Under the pieces are notes generated by a model. It made no database searches and was not told the origin of the DNA. It saw only the letters and a program-made list of their open reading frames with translations. A stretch of 59,996 bases of DNA, the filler included. It is 7 parts of 7 records of this genome, joined end to end, with 100 filler letters (N's around TTAATTAATTAA, not from the genome) between each part and the next. Parts side by side here need not be neighbours in the genome. Positions count along the whole stretch, not along the records: positions 26,214 to 40,077 come from SRR31156797_66358; 6 more parts are not named here. The stretch is one strand, 5' to 3'. A program made the position numbers and the translations under genes. Below are positions 29,261-38,815 of the stretch, piece after piece (within the stretch, counting starts at the first letter, position 1; each line of letters begins with the position of its first letter).

Positions 29261-30691
29261 TTAGTCCAGGGTGACGTCCAGGAGTCTGGCGATCATCATG
29301 CCGACTTCCGTATTGTCCTTCTGGCCCCCGAAGTTCAGGGAACCAGCTCCGATGGCTGTCAGGGGAACGGTGGTTCCGGTGTGGGCGTATGTGGTCCAGA
29401 ACAGATTGGCCCGCTCGGAGACGATCTCGCTGACCGAGGCGTTAACGGGGCTCATGTAGCTGGACATATGGGCGGGCTTGGTATCCGCGTCGGCCATGTC
29501 CATCGCCGCGTTGACCCTGGCCATTTCCTCTTCGCTCATCTCGCCCAGACCGTAGTCGTTCTTGATGAAGCTGAAGAAGGCCTCTCTGTCGCCCTTGTAT
29601 TTCATGGCGTCGGCAGAACCGGTGATGGCTTCGAGGCTCTCTACGTCCAGAAAGTAATCGTTCTTGAATCCCAGGCCCAGCCCTCCGGTCTCGTGGTCGC
29701 CCAGCACGATGATCAGGGTGTCTGCGGGGTTCTCAAGGTAGAACTCGTAGGCCTCTTTGACGGCGTCGTCGAAGGCCAGAACGTCGTAAACCACACCGAT
29801 GGGATCGTTCGCGTGGCTGGCGTAGTCGATCTTTCCGCCCTCTACCATGAAAAAGAATCCGTCGGGATCTTCTTCCAGAACGTCAATGCCCTTGGCGGTC
29901 ATCTCGGCCAGGCTGGGCTCCTTGGCGGGATCCCTGTCCACTTCGTACTTCATTTCCGAGTAGGTGAGGGGGGCGAACACCTTGACTTCCTCTTCAGCAG
30001 AGAAAGAGCGGAATCCCTCAACGTCGTTCAGGAAGGTAACGTAACCGGCATCCTCGAACTCACTGACGAAGTTGCGGTCGTCCTTTCTCTTGGATTTGAG
30101 ATCACCGTTCTGGGGAACGAAGTGACGGAATCCGCCTCCGGCGATAAAGGTGGCGCCGCTGGCCAGAACGTCTTCGGCCATCTCGTTCTCGTTGTAGCGG
30201 CTTTCGTTGTGAGCCAGAAAGGACGCGGGGGTGGCGTGGGTGATACGCATGTTGGAGATGACACCGGTGGCCATTCCCTTGTCCCGGGCGGCTTCCACCA
30301 GGGTTTTCAGGGCCGTGCCGTCGGGTGCCTGGCCTATCATCTTGGAATTGGTCTTGTGACCGGTGGCCAGAGAGGTCGCGGAGGCGGCCGAGTCGGTTAC
30401 CAGAGAGTCCTGGCTGTAGGTGGTGTTCATTCCGGCGATGGGGAATGTGTTCATCATGAGCTTGGCCGCCTCGTCGCCGGACTGCTCTCTCAGGAAGTAC
30501 TCTCCCAGCTGTCTCTGGGAGGCTCCCAGACCGTCTCCGATAAACAGGAAGACATGCTTGGGAGCTTCGAAGCTGATCTGTTTCAGGATCTCCTCTTCCG
30601 GGGCCACCCTCTTGTCCTTCTTGCCGCCTGCGAACACTGCCGTATTAACGACAAGGCAGAGTGCGATCAGAAATAACGCGCTTTTTTTCAT
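29261..30691 (-). CDS. Alkaline phosphatase (PhoA family), secreted
   Basis: FIGDG, VTDSAA (catalytic Ser), THATPA, EGGKID..SH.ND, DHETGG, HT; start at MKKSAL with signal peptide. Confidence 0.95.
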   Translation of the reverse strand: MKKSALFLIALCLVVNTAVFAGGKKDKRVAPEEEILKQISFEAPKHVFLFIGDGLGASQRQLGEYFLREQSGDEAAKLMMNTFPIAGMNTTYSQDSLVTDSAASATSLATGHKTNSKMIGQAPDGTALKTLVEAARDKGMATGVISNMRITHATPASFLAHNESRYNENEMAEDVLASGATFIAGGGFRHFVPQNGDLKSKRKDDRNFVSEFEDAGYVTFLNDVEGFRSFSAEEEVKVFAPLTYSEMKYEVDRDPAKEPSLAEMTAKGIDVLEEDPDGFFFMVEGGKIDYASHANDPIGVVYDVLAFDDAVKEAYEFYLENPADTLIIVLGDHETGGLGLGFKNDYFLDVESLEAITGSADAMKYKGDREAFFSFIKNDYGLGEMSEEEMARVNAAMDMADADTKPAHMSSYMSPVNASVSEIVSERANLFWTTYAHTGTTVPLTAIGAGSLNFGGQKDNTEVGMMIARLLDVTLD

Positions 30692-31287
30692 ACTTTCTCC
30701 TTGATTATTTGTGGGGGATAAAAATTTAACATAAATACGGGTATTCTGGTATATCGAAATCGATTGGTTAGACAAGAAAATGTTAATGTAATCGATTATT
30801 ATAATAAACTTGCTTTGACGATACGCAAAGCGATCAGATCGAAGCAGAATTTTGTTTAGGATGGGCCTGAGATATACGCAATCGCCCATGCCTTACGCAT
30901 ATAGTCTCATTTCTCCCAGCTTCCTTCAGACCTGTTACGGTAACGCAAATTCCCTATTAGCGCATTCATATGCTGCCTATTTCAATCCTACAGTGACAAG
31001 GGCTATGATGAGCTTCGCCGTATACGAGAACAGCAAGGCCCTGCCTGCGCTTGGAAAGGGCAGGGGCGAGGCCGAGGGATTCCGGCTGCTTTACAGCTTG
31101 TTCAATATGCCACCACGGTGGATGCCGGCAGTTCCATCTCCACGATCAAGGCTGGAGATTATGCCATACTGAAGACTGACGGTCTGAAATCCCTATGAAG
31201 CCAAGACTCCCGGATGAGCTCACCACACGGCTATTGAGCCGATCAGTTCCGGGTGTGATCCCTTTTGTCTTATTCGCCCTCTCCAAA

Positions 31288-31379
31288 TCGACAGAAATTG
31301 TCGGTTTTTGTCTTTTTTAATTATTGACAACTTCTGTCGGTATCGTTAATCTAAATAAACCGACAAAAGTTGTCGGTTT
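31288..31379 (+). promoter_or_regulatory. Sigma70 promoter overlapped by three (C/T)GACA-N5-TGTCGG palindromic operators
   Basis: TTGACA (31324-29), 17 nt, TAATCT (31347-52); operators at 31289-31304, 31325-31340 and 31357-31379 (AAACCGACAA-aag-TTGTCGGTTT, perfect 10-bp arms). Confidence 0.85.
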
Positions 31380-31403
31380 GTGCTCAGGTTACGGAGATGC
31401 CAT

Positions 31404-32054
31404 ATGGATACGCAATATGAAAAGTTTGATCACATAGATTTCGCTCATCCTAAAGTAGATAAGATAATCAATTGTGCCTATGAGGTCTTTGCAAGAAATG
31501 ACCTGTCCAAGGCCTCTACTAACCAGATCGTTAAGATGGCGGGCATTTCAAGGGGGCTTTTGTATCATTACTTCAAAAATAAACAGGAGTTGTATGATTT
31601 TCTTGTCTTCTTCGCCATGAAAGTCGGTGTGGTGGAAATGAATGATAAAATGAATTGGGATGATTCGGATTTTATCAACAGAATGATCTGCGTCACAAGG
31701 ATCCGCTTCGAAATAATGAAGACCTATCCCTACATGTCGAGTTTCTTTCAAAAGTATATAAATCAATTAGATAAAAATGAGATGAGGGCTATCTATAATA
31801 AAATCCATCCGGGAATGCAGGATAAATTTTATTCCTATAATCTTGATTTCAGTCGGTTGAAAGACGGGGTGGACAAAGAAAAAGTGATATATGTTGCGAA
31901 ATGGACTGTAAAAGGGAAGCTGGCGGATTGGAAAGAGAAAGAACAGGCCGGTCAGGATACAGCCGATGTTGATCGGTTGATAGCAGAATGCATTGATTAT
32001 CTGGAATTCCTGAGAACTGTTTTTTACAAACAGGACGGGAGTGATGAAACATAA
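31404..32054 (+). CDS. TetR/AcrR family regulator
   Basis: ASTNQIVKMAGISRGLLYHYFKNKQELY HTH; RBS GGAG. Confidence 0.93.
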   Translation: MDTQYEKFDHIDFAHPKVDKIINCAYEVFARNDLSKASTNQIVKMAGISRGLLYHYFKNKQELYDFLVFFAMKVGVVEMNDKMNWDDSDFINRMICVTRIRFEIMKTYPYMSSFFQKYINQLDKNEMRAIYNKIHPGMQDKFYSYNLDFSRLKDGVDKEKVIYVAKWTVKGKLADWKEKEQAGQDTADVDRLIAECIDYLEFLRTVFYKQDGSDET

Positions 32055-33345
32055 GGGGAGCATCCTCGAACGGAATCTGGTCCTGCTGCTATCCGGGAGA
32101 GTCGTTTCCGATATGGGCTCCGGCATTCAGCTGTTGATCATGCCCCTTTTTATCATTGACAAGGGAGGGGACGCCGGCATGATCGGTCTGTTCGCCTTTC
32201 TATCTTTGATGCCAATCATTATCATCTACCCATTCGGGGGAGTCATCGGCGACAGGTTGAACCGGAAGGGCATACTGGTTGCCGCGGACCTGACAAGCGC
32301 TGCTCTGGTGCTTTCACTGTCGTTGTTTTCTTTCCTGGGAATGATGAGTTGGGAAATCCTTTTTGGATTACAAATCCTCGTTTCTTCGGCCTACGGCTTT
32401 TTTGATCCGGCGTCAAAGGCTATGGTTCCGAAACTGGTCGCCCGAGATAAGCTGGGGCAGGCGAATTCGCTCATTGCCACATTGAGGCTCCTTTCCGGTA
32501 TCGCGGCACCACTGACAGCAGTTCTTCTGTATACCGCATACGGAATCACCCTGCTCTTTGTGATCAATGGTGCTTCCTTTCTCATTTCAGGGATATTCGA
32601 ATCCTTTATCCGTTATGAGCATATAGCGCAGAGAAGGCCTCAAGGGTTCAAAGGGGTGTTACAGGATTTAGGCTCGGGAATCGAGTTTATCCTTCACCAT
32701 CGGCTTATCAGAAATATGAGTGTATTCTTTCTGATCATATTTGCCTTAATACAGCCGGTTTTTACAGTTGTTTTACCTGTTTTTTTCAGAACGAATCTGG
32801 ACTATATCGATTCCCGGTACGGCATGATTCAAGTTGTTCTGTTTATGGGGGCTTTCATCGGGAGCGTATTGCTTGGATTTTCGAGCAGGCAGGGAGAACT
32901 GAAGACGCCCTTTGTCATCGGAATCTCGGCAGTTTCCGTTCTTATATTGATCTTTGCGGTCCTTCTCTATCCGGGGATCGTTAACCGTCTGAATAAGGGC
33001 AGCCTTGTTTATCTGCTTTTGTTTACGGGGATACTTTTTTTGCTGCACATGGCCATAATGTTCATTGCGATCCCTATTCAGACAATTGTTCAGAGATGCG
33101 CTGATGAAAAATATATGTCCAGAGTGTTTTCAATTTTCGGATTGATTACCAAAGGGGGGATGCCCCTGGGAGCTCTTCTTTATGGGCTTCTTTTAAATCG
33201 AATCCCGGTTTACGCGACAGTATGCTTGGCTGCCGTTATAATCACTGTTTTGTCCGTTTTGTTTCTATCCTCTGAAACTATTCCCATGATCAGAGACATT
33301 GAAGAAATAAGACGTGCACCAGTAGGAGGACAATATGATTTATGA
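32041..33345 (+). CDS. MFS transporter (macrolide-efflux / DHA3-like)
   Basis: About 12 TM segments, GGVIGDRLNRK motif A, ..RVFS.. Confidence 0.9.
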   Translation: MMKHKGSILERNLVLLLSGRVVSDMGSGIQLLIMPLFIIDKGGDAGMIGLFAFLSLMPIIIIYPFGGVIGDRLNRKGILVAADLTSAALVLSLSLFSFLGMMSWEILFGLQILVSSAYGFFDPASKAMVPKLVARDKLGQANSLIATLRLLSGIAAPLTAVLLYTAYGITLLFVINGASFLISGIFESFIRYEHIAQRRPQGFKGVLQDLGSGIEFILHHRLIRNMSVFFLIIFALIQPVFTVVLPVFFRTNLDYIDSRYGMIQVVLFMGAFIGSVLLGFSSRQGELKTPFVIGISAVSVLILIFAVLLYPGIVNRLNKGSLVYLLLFTGILFLLHMAIMFIAIPIQTIVQRCADEKYMSRVFSIFGLITKGGMPLGALLYGLLLNRIPVYATVCLAAVIITVLSVLFLSSETIPMIRDIEEIRRAPVGGQYDL

Positions 33346-35899
33346 TTTCAGAACCAGTGCGGTCCCTTCGCTGTCTCAGGTCGGGGGGAAAGCCAGAGCC
33401 CTTATGGAAACGACCGCCGCCGGATTTCCCGTACCGGAAGGCTTTGTTCTGTCAGCAGACTATTTCGAGCCCTGGATAAAGAAGATCATGGATTCGGAAA
33501 ACTGGACCGCGTTTACCAATACGCCGGAAAAAGCAATATGCGAGCTGTTGATGAAGCAGGCCGCTCAATTTGAGTTTACGGATCATCAGAACGAAACCCT
33601 TAGGGAGGCCCTGGCCGGATACCCAATGGCATCTGTATTCGCGGTCCGCTCCTCCTCGCCTGAAGAAGATCTGGAGGAAGCCAGCTTCGCCGGTCAGTAT
33701 GAATCGATTCTGGGGGTACCATTCGGGAGACTGGAAAACGCCGTGGCGGAAGTGTTCTCTTCTATGCTGGACTACCGGGTAATGGAGTACAAAAAACTGA
33801 ATAACCTTCCGCTGGATATTCCGCGTATCGCTTTAATCGTACAAAGGCAGATACCCTCTGATGTCAGCGGCATCGCTTTTTCGCTGAATCCCAATAACAA
33901 CTGTTATGACGAAGCGGTGATCAATGCAAGTTTCGGTCTGGGAGAAACGATCGTTTCGGGACAGGTCTCGCCGGATAGCTATGTGGTAGATAAGGCCAGG
34001 GGTGAGATACTGGATAAGAAAATATCTGCCAAGAAGATCGGCTTATGGCTGAAACAGGACGGCGGAACACGACAGCAGAGTAATCCGGATCCCCTGGCCC
34101 CTGCTTTGAGTGATGACCAGATCATGAAGGTTGCCGATTTAGCTGCGGCCTGTGAAAACCATTACGGCAAACCCATGGATATCGAATGGGCGATCTTCAA
34201 CGACAAGCTGTATCTTCTCCAGGCGCGGCCTGTCACAACTCATTTTCCTCTGTATCCGGAATATCAGACCCGCCCTGGCGATACAAAGCATCTTTATGCG
34301 GATTTAGTCAAAATGTCCCAGGGGTTTGAGAGCTCTCTTTCGGTTCTGGGTGCGGAGCTCTTTTCCAGTATGATCACCAATGCAAAAATGGGGCTTATGC
34401 CCCAGGGAAAGGACGGGGCTTTTTATACCGTCAACGGTAGAATCTATATGGATTTCTCCAATATAGCCAAGGCTTTGAGCCCCGGCTATATCAAGAAGTT
34501 CGTAGGGAATTATGACAGCCCCACCAGGGAGGTGATGAAGGACTTTGACTTCAAACAGGGATACACACTTGCCCGGAAGCCGGGCAAACTCAAATCCATG
34601 ACCCTTGATGGGATTAAAATGATCTTCAGGGTCATTCCGGCAATCAAAAGGGCATCCAAAGATCCAAAAGGGGAAAGGGAGTACTATTTCAATCAGGCGG
34701 AGAAGGGATTTCAAATCATTGATGATCTTGTGGAGTCCGATAAAACCTTCTGTCAGTGTGTTGACGTTTTTATGGAGCAATTCCGATGTATTATGAGCCA
34801 TGCTATGGGGGTCACCGCGGCAGTTCTAAACGGGGATAAGATCAAAAAAATGTTCAAAGGTATGGACCTGGATGACGAGATCATTGCCCTTACGATAGAT
34901 CTACCCGGCAACCCGACCAGCGAAATGGGTCGCAGTCTTGTGACGCTGGCCTCGTTTCCGGAAATTCAGGATATGGAAAGCCCGCTTGATTTTGTCCGGA
35001 CTATAACAAATCGAAGTCTCTCAAAAGAATTCCTCAGCGCCTATGACAAGCATATGATGAAATACGGCTGCCGTTGTGCCGGTGAAATCGATATTGCCGC
35101 CGTGAGACCTTATGAAGATCTGGAAGGTTTTTTCAAGCAACTGAAGCTTATCAATGTTGATCGCAACGCCATGCAGGATTCCAAAATGAAAAAGGAAACG
35201 GCCTATGCCAAGCTGCTGGATGCCGCTCGGGCAAAGGGTAAGGAAAAACAGTTTGTCCGGTCAGTTGAGATCTTCAATATCCTGGGGATACGTGAACACC
35301 CGAAATATCTGTTTGTTTATGCAAACAACAGATTGCGTCAAATGGCTCTTAAGCTGGCTGAGGGTTTCGTCAGCGAGGGGCGTCTTAATGAGGTTGAAGA
35401 CATCTTTATGGTTGATTCCGCATCCATATCCAAAGCCCAGACTGATAAAAACGTGGATCTGAAGCCCATGGTCGTGAAGAATAAAAAAGCCCGTGAGCTC
35501 ACTAAGAATGTTAAGTCCTGGCCTACCATCATCGATTCCAGGGGAAAGATCTTCCGTGTGAAAAGGAAGAGCGAATCCGGTGATTTAGTCGGAGATCCCG
35601 TTTCGCCGGGTGTGATCAGAGGCCGGGCCAAAGTCCTGGGTACACCCTTTGAAAAACCTATCCTTCCAGGAGATATCCTGGTTGCCAAAGCGACCGAGCC
35701 GATTTGGACCCCTGTGTTTATAAATGCCTCCGCAGTTGTTATGGAAGTGGGCGGCCCTTTGCAGCATGGCGCCATTATCGCGAGAGAATACGGCATCCCC
35801 TGTGTTACGGGAATAGATGAAGCCACTCAGTTGATCAGGGACGACGACTTGCTGGAAGTGGATGGTTCCAGCGGTCTTGTTAAGATCGTCAATGAATAG
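33335..35899 (+). CDS. PEP-utilising enzyme, rifamycin phosphotransferase (RPH)-like architecture
   Basis: N-terminal ATP-grasp (VGGKA, AVRSS..ED...SFAGQY, DIEWA, LQARPVT); middle YG.RC.GEIDI and G.RE.PKY; C-terminal His domain GGPLQHGAIIAREYGIP. Confidence 0.85.
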   Translation: MIYDFRTSAVPSLSQVGGKARALMETTAAGFPVPEGFVLSADYFEPWIKKIMDSENWTAFTNTPEKAICELLMKQAAQFEFTDHQNETLREALAGYPMASVFAVRSSSPEEDLEEASFAGQYESILGVPFGRLENAVAEVFSSMLDYRVMEYKKLNNLPLDIPRIALIVQRQIPSDVSGIAFSLNPNNNCYDEAVINASFGLGETIVSGQVSPDSYVVDKARGEILDKKISAKKIGLWLKQDGGTRQQSNPDPLAPALSDDQIMKVADLAAACENHYGKPMDIEWAIFNDKLYLLQARPVTTHFPLYPEYQTRPGDTKHLYADLVKMSQGFESSLSVLGAELFSSMITNAKMGLMPQGKDGAFYTVNGRIYMDFSNIAKALSPGYIKKFVGNYDSPTREVMKDFDFKQGYTLARKPGKLKSMTLDGIKMIFRVIPAIKRASKDPKGEREYYFNQAEKGFQIIDDLVESDKTFCQCVDVFMEQFRCIMSHAMGVTAAVLNGDKIKKMFKGMDLDDEIIALTIDLPGNPTSEMGRSLVTLASFPEIQDMESPLDFVRTITNRSLSKEFLSAYDKHMMKYGCRCAGEIDIAAVRPYEDLEGFFKQLKLINVDRNAMQDSKMKKETAYAKLLDAARAKGKEKQFVRSVEIFNILGIREHPKYLFVYANNRLRQMALKLAEGFVSEGRLNEVEDIFMVDSASISKAQTDKNVDLKPMVVKNKKARELTKNVKSWPTIIDSRGKIFRVKRKSESGDLVGDPVSPGVIRGRAKVLGTPFEKPILPGDILVAKATEPIWTPVFINASAVVMEVGGPLQHGAIIAREYGIPCVTGIDEATQLIRDDDLLEVDGSSGLVKIVNE

Positions 35900-35948
35900 C
35901 CGGCACGGACTTCCTACAGGATCTGATCAGAAGCAAAAGGAAGATACT

Positions 35949-36422
35949 ATGATGACTCTGATAAATGACAGGCTCTACCGGATCTCAATGGATGGAATCA
36001 GCCTTGAAGACTATAAGATGCTGAGACATCTTGCTGCTTGGGATATGCCTCCGGATAATGCCATCGAAAGCGCCCTGGCGCATTCGGAATTCCTGGTCGC
36101 AGTTTATCATGAAGAGGAAATCGTCGGTATGGGGCGTATTGTCGGAGACCACGGTTTTATCTATTTCATTGCAGATATTATCGTTCATCCGCATTATCAG
36201 GGGGAAAAAGTCGGAACGGCAATTATGAAGGAAATCATGGCGTATCTGAATAACAGCGCTCCCCGCCATGCCTATGTCACACTGATGTCGGCTCATGGAA
36301 AAGAAGGTTTCTATGAAAAATTCGGATTCTTTAAAAGACCCGATTCCCAATATGGTCATGGAATGATGATCTTGCTGGATAATGACAGTCCAGAGAATCC
36401 CCCGGATCAGAAAAGCAATTGA
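35949..36422 (+). CDS. GNAT family N-acetyltransferase
   Basis: VGMGRIVGD, DIIVHPHYQGEKVG, FYEKFGF. Confidence 0.9.
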   Translation: MMTLINDRLYRISMDGISLEDYKMLRHLAAWDMPPDNAIESALAHSEFLVAVYHEEEIVGMGRIVGDHGFIYFIADIIVHPHYQGEKVGTAIMKEIMAYLNNSAPRHAYVTLMSAHGKEGFYEKFGFFKRPDSQYGHGMMILLDNDSPENPPDQKSN

Positions 36423-36467
36423 ATTGTCGACACTCGAAATCACTCACATACGCAGGAGGTCTCTCTC

Positions 36468-37493
36468 ATGACGAGGAATGAATTGAACCCATCGGAAACG
36501 CTTATGCAGTATCTTATCGCAAACTGGATCAACTATCCGCTCTATGTGGTCTGTAAACTGGGTATCCCGGACTTGCTCAGGCAACGAACTCTGCATATTG
36601 ATACCTTGGCTGAGCAGGTAGGGGCGAATGCAAGGATCCTGTACAGGATCATGAGAGCCTTATCGTCAGTCGGGATATTCCATGAAGAGCCTGGCCGTTC
36701 TTTTTCCAATACCCCCGTGGCCCGGGAACTGGCAAAAGACAGGATGCAGCCTGTCGTCCTTATGTTTTTATCCAGCTGGCACAATCAGGCCTGGGATCAG
36801 CTGCTCCATAGTGCGACAAGCGGTGACATCGCCTTTGAAACCGCCTTCGGAAAACCTAGTTTTGAATGGTTTAAGGACAATCCTGAAGAAGCCAGAACCT
36901 TCAACCTGGCAAATCAGATGAAGGCGTCAGCGAGTCATGCGGTTATCGCAGACCTGTATGATTTCACCGGTATGCACACAGTGGTAGACATCGGTGGGGG
37001 ATACGGAGGGCTGCTCTGTGAAATCCTTCGCAGGAATCCGGAAATCCAAGGCCTTGTCGCAGAACTGCCTTACATGCAGACGGCCGTTGAGGCCGCCATT
37101 TCAAGGCAGGACATGGCAAAGCGTTGCGGCTACAGGGCATGCGATTTCTTCAGGGGGATCCCTGAAGGCGGGGACGGCTATATCCTTTCGAATATCCTTC
37201 ATGACTGGGATGATGAGGAATGCGGCATCATACTGGGAAACTGCCGCGCCGCTATGAAAGACGAGGCGAAGCTCTTCATCATAGAGTCCTTGATCCCGGG
37301 GAGAAATGAGTTTTCCATCTCTCAGTTTCTTGATCTTGAGGTTCTTGTCATGGGCGGGGGCAAAGAAAGGACGGAGCAGGAATATGGAATCTTACTGGAG
37401 GACGCGGGCTTGAGAATGGATAGGATTCATTCGACGGAAGGAGATCTCTCGATACTGGAATGTTCGAGAAAACCGCAGCAGGAGGCGGAATGA
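36468..37493 (+). CDS. SAM-dependent O-methyltransferase (Methyltransf_2 with dimerisation domain)
   Basis: VVDIGGGYG, DFF, ILHDW.D, GGKERT..EY. Confidence 0.93.
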   Translation: MTRNELNPSETLMQYLIANWINYPLYVVCKLGIPDLLRQRTLHIDTLAEQVGANARILYRIMRALSSVGIFHEEPGRSFSNTPVARELAKDRMQPVVLMFLSSWHNQAWDQLLHSATSGDIAFETAFGKPSFEWFKDNPEEARTFNLANQMKASASHAVIADLYDFTGMHTVVDIGGGYGGLLCEILRRNPEIQGLVAELPYMQTAVEAAISRQDMAKRCGYRACDFFRGIPEGGDGYILSNILHDWDDEECGIILGNCRAAMKDEAKLFIIESLIPGRNEFSISQFLDLEVLVMGGGKERTEQEYGILLEDAGLRMDRIHSTEGDLSILECSRKPQQEAE

Positions 37494-37655
37494 TCCGGGG
37501 CTCGCTTCAGATCTCCGGTGGATTATTCTATCATTATTAGCAGAATTCCCATAAAGATTGCCATATTGATAAAAAAATAACGAATTGTTCAGATCCGCCC
37601 TTTCCGCAAATTGACAGGGGGGGAACATCCGGTCTAGTTTTGACATGGAAATGAT

Positions 37656-37708
37656 GGCACTGCGAGTCCGGCCCGGCATGATTAGACCGGGTATTCTCGC
37701 ATTGTGCC
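37656..37708 (+). promoter_or_regulatory. Long imperfect hairpin in the leader of the AAA gene
   Basis: GGCAC/GTGCC, TGCGAG/CTCGCA and CCCGG/CCGGG nested stems; TTGACA at 37611 upstream. Confidence 0.45.
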
Positions 37709-37727
37709 TTATCGGGAGTCGAATAAG

Positions 37728-38804
37728 ATGAGAATCAGCGAAGCGAAAGACTGTATCAAAGAGCTTTACAGAAATACATCCGAAGTGACCGCTCTCATCA
37801 GTGAGAGGGGAGTGGGAAAGACCTCAGCCTATAGGCAGTGTGCCCAGGAGTTGGGCATCGGGTATATGGCTCTATACGCCGCCGCTCTCGAGGGACCGGA
37901 CTTCATGGGCCTTCCCGATAAGAGCAGCGATTCAGGGATTACGCGCTATCTGGCTCCCCAGTTCCTGCCCACGGCGAAAGCCATAGAGGCAGAACTCTTT
38001 CCTGAAAGGGGGATACTGATTTTTGAAGAGATCAACAGGGTTCCCAGCGATACGGTTTCCGTTCTTTACCCGCTTCTTCTGGAGGGGCGAATCAACAATC
38101 ACAGCCTGGCACCGGGCTGGAGGATCGGAGTGACCATGAATCCCGATAACCTGAACTATACGGTGAATGCCCTGGATGATGCGCTGATAGACCGTTTCAT
38201 CTCACTGGAGATTACGGCGGACATCGAGGATTATGTAAACTATTCTGTCAAGGTCGGCAGCAATACCGATGTGCTGGCCTTTCTGACGGCCTGTCCCGAT
38301 ATGCTTCTCATCACCAGGGATTCGGCAGAATCCAATCCTCTGGCCAAGAACCCGACTCCCCGGGGATGGACGAAGGTTCAGGCCATTCTGAACCGCTGTG
38401 ATCTTGGGCGGAAGCAGATCGAACAGCTTGTGTCGGGTATCGTCGGTCCCGAGGCGGCGGCCTCTTTCTTCGGATGGCTGAGGACGAACAGCGTTAAGAT
38501 CCCAGGAGCTCTGGAAAGTCTCGAGGACTTCGACGCGCAGAAAGAACTCTATGCTGACCTCCTCGATAAGAACCGCGTCGATATACTGAACATCGTTCTT
38601 AAGAATATGGTCCCCGTTCTGACGACCGGGGAAAGGCATATGAAGAACCTGAACAGTCTCCTGGAGTTTCTTCCTGATGAGTTTTCCATCATGTTCTTCA
38701 AGCACTTTATCTCAAGGAGGGGGGACGATTTCGATGCGCTGGCCTCGTCTCTTCCCGTTTTCGACCAGGTCGCCGACAGCATTGTGGACTTCGTTTCCGC
38801 CTAG
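37728..38804 (+). CDS. MoxR/dynein-related AAA+ ATPase
   Basis: SERGVGKT (Walker A variant), D.MGLP, IFEEINR (Walker B variant), D.AL.DRF, PTPRGW. Confidence 0.85.
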   Translation: MRISEAKDCIKELYRNTSEVTALISERGVGKTSAYRQCAQELGIGYMALYAAALEGPDFMGLPDKSSDSGITRYLAPQFLPTAKAIEAELFPERGILIFEEINRVPSDTVSVLYPLLLEGRINNHSLAPGWRIGVTMNPDNLNYTVNALDDALIDRFISLEITADIEDYVNYSVKVGSNTDVLAFLTACPDMLLITRDSAESNPLAKNPTPRGWTKVQAILNRCDLGRKQIEQLVSGIVGPEAAASFFGWLRTNSVKIPGALESLEDFDAQKELYADLLDKNRVDILNIVLKNMVPVLTTGERHMKNLNSLLEFLPDEFSIMFFKHFISRRGDDFDALASSLPVFDQVADSIVDFVSA

Positions 38805-38815
38805 GAGCTCCTCTC

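Noticed and set aside
30765-30800. Pho box upstream of alkaline phosphatase (minus-strand TTAACAT-N4-TTGTCTA)
   Set aside because: Only two poorly matching units in AT-rich DNA; too weak to call
30852-31260. 106-aa ORF or gene remnant between the phosphatase and TetR genes
   Set aside because: No recognisable motif or RBS; may be decayed sequence but unsupported
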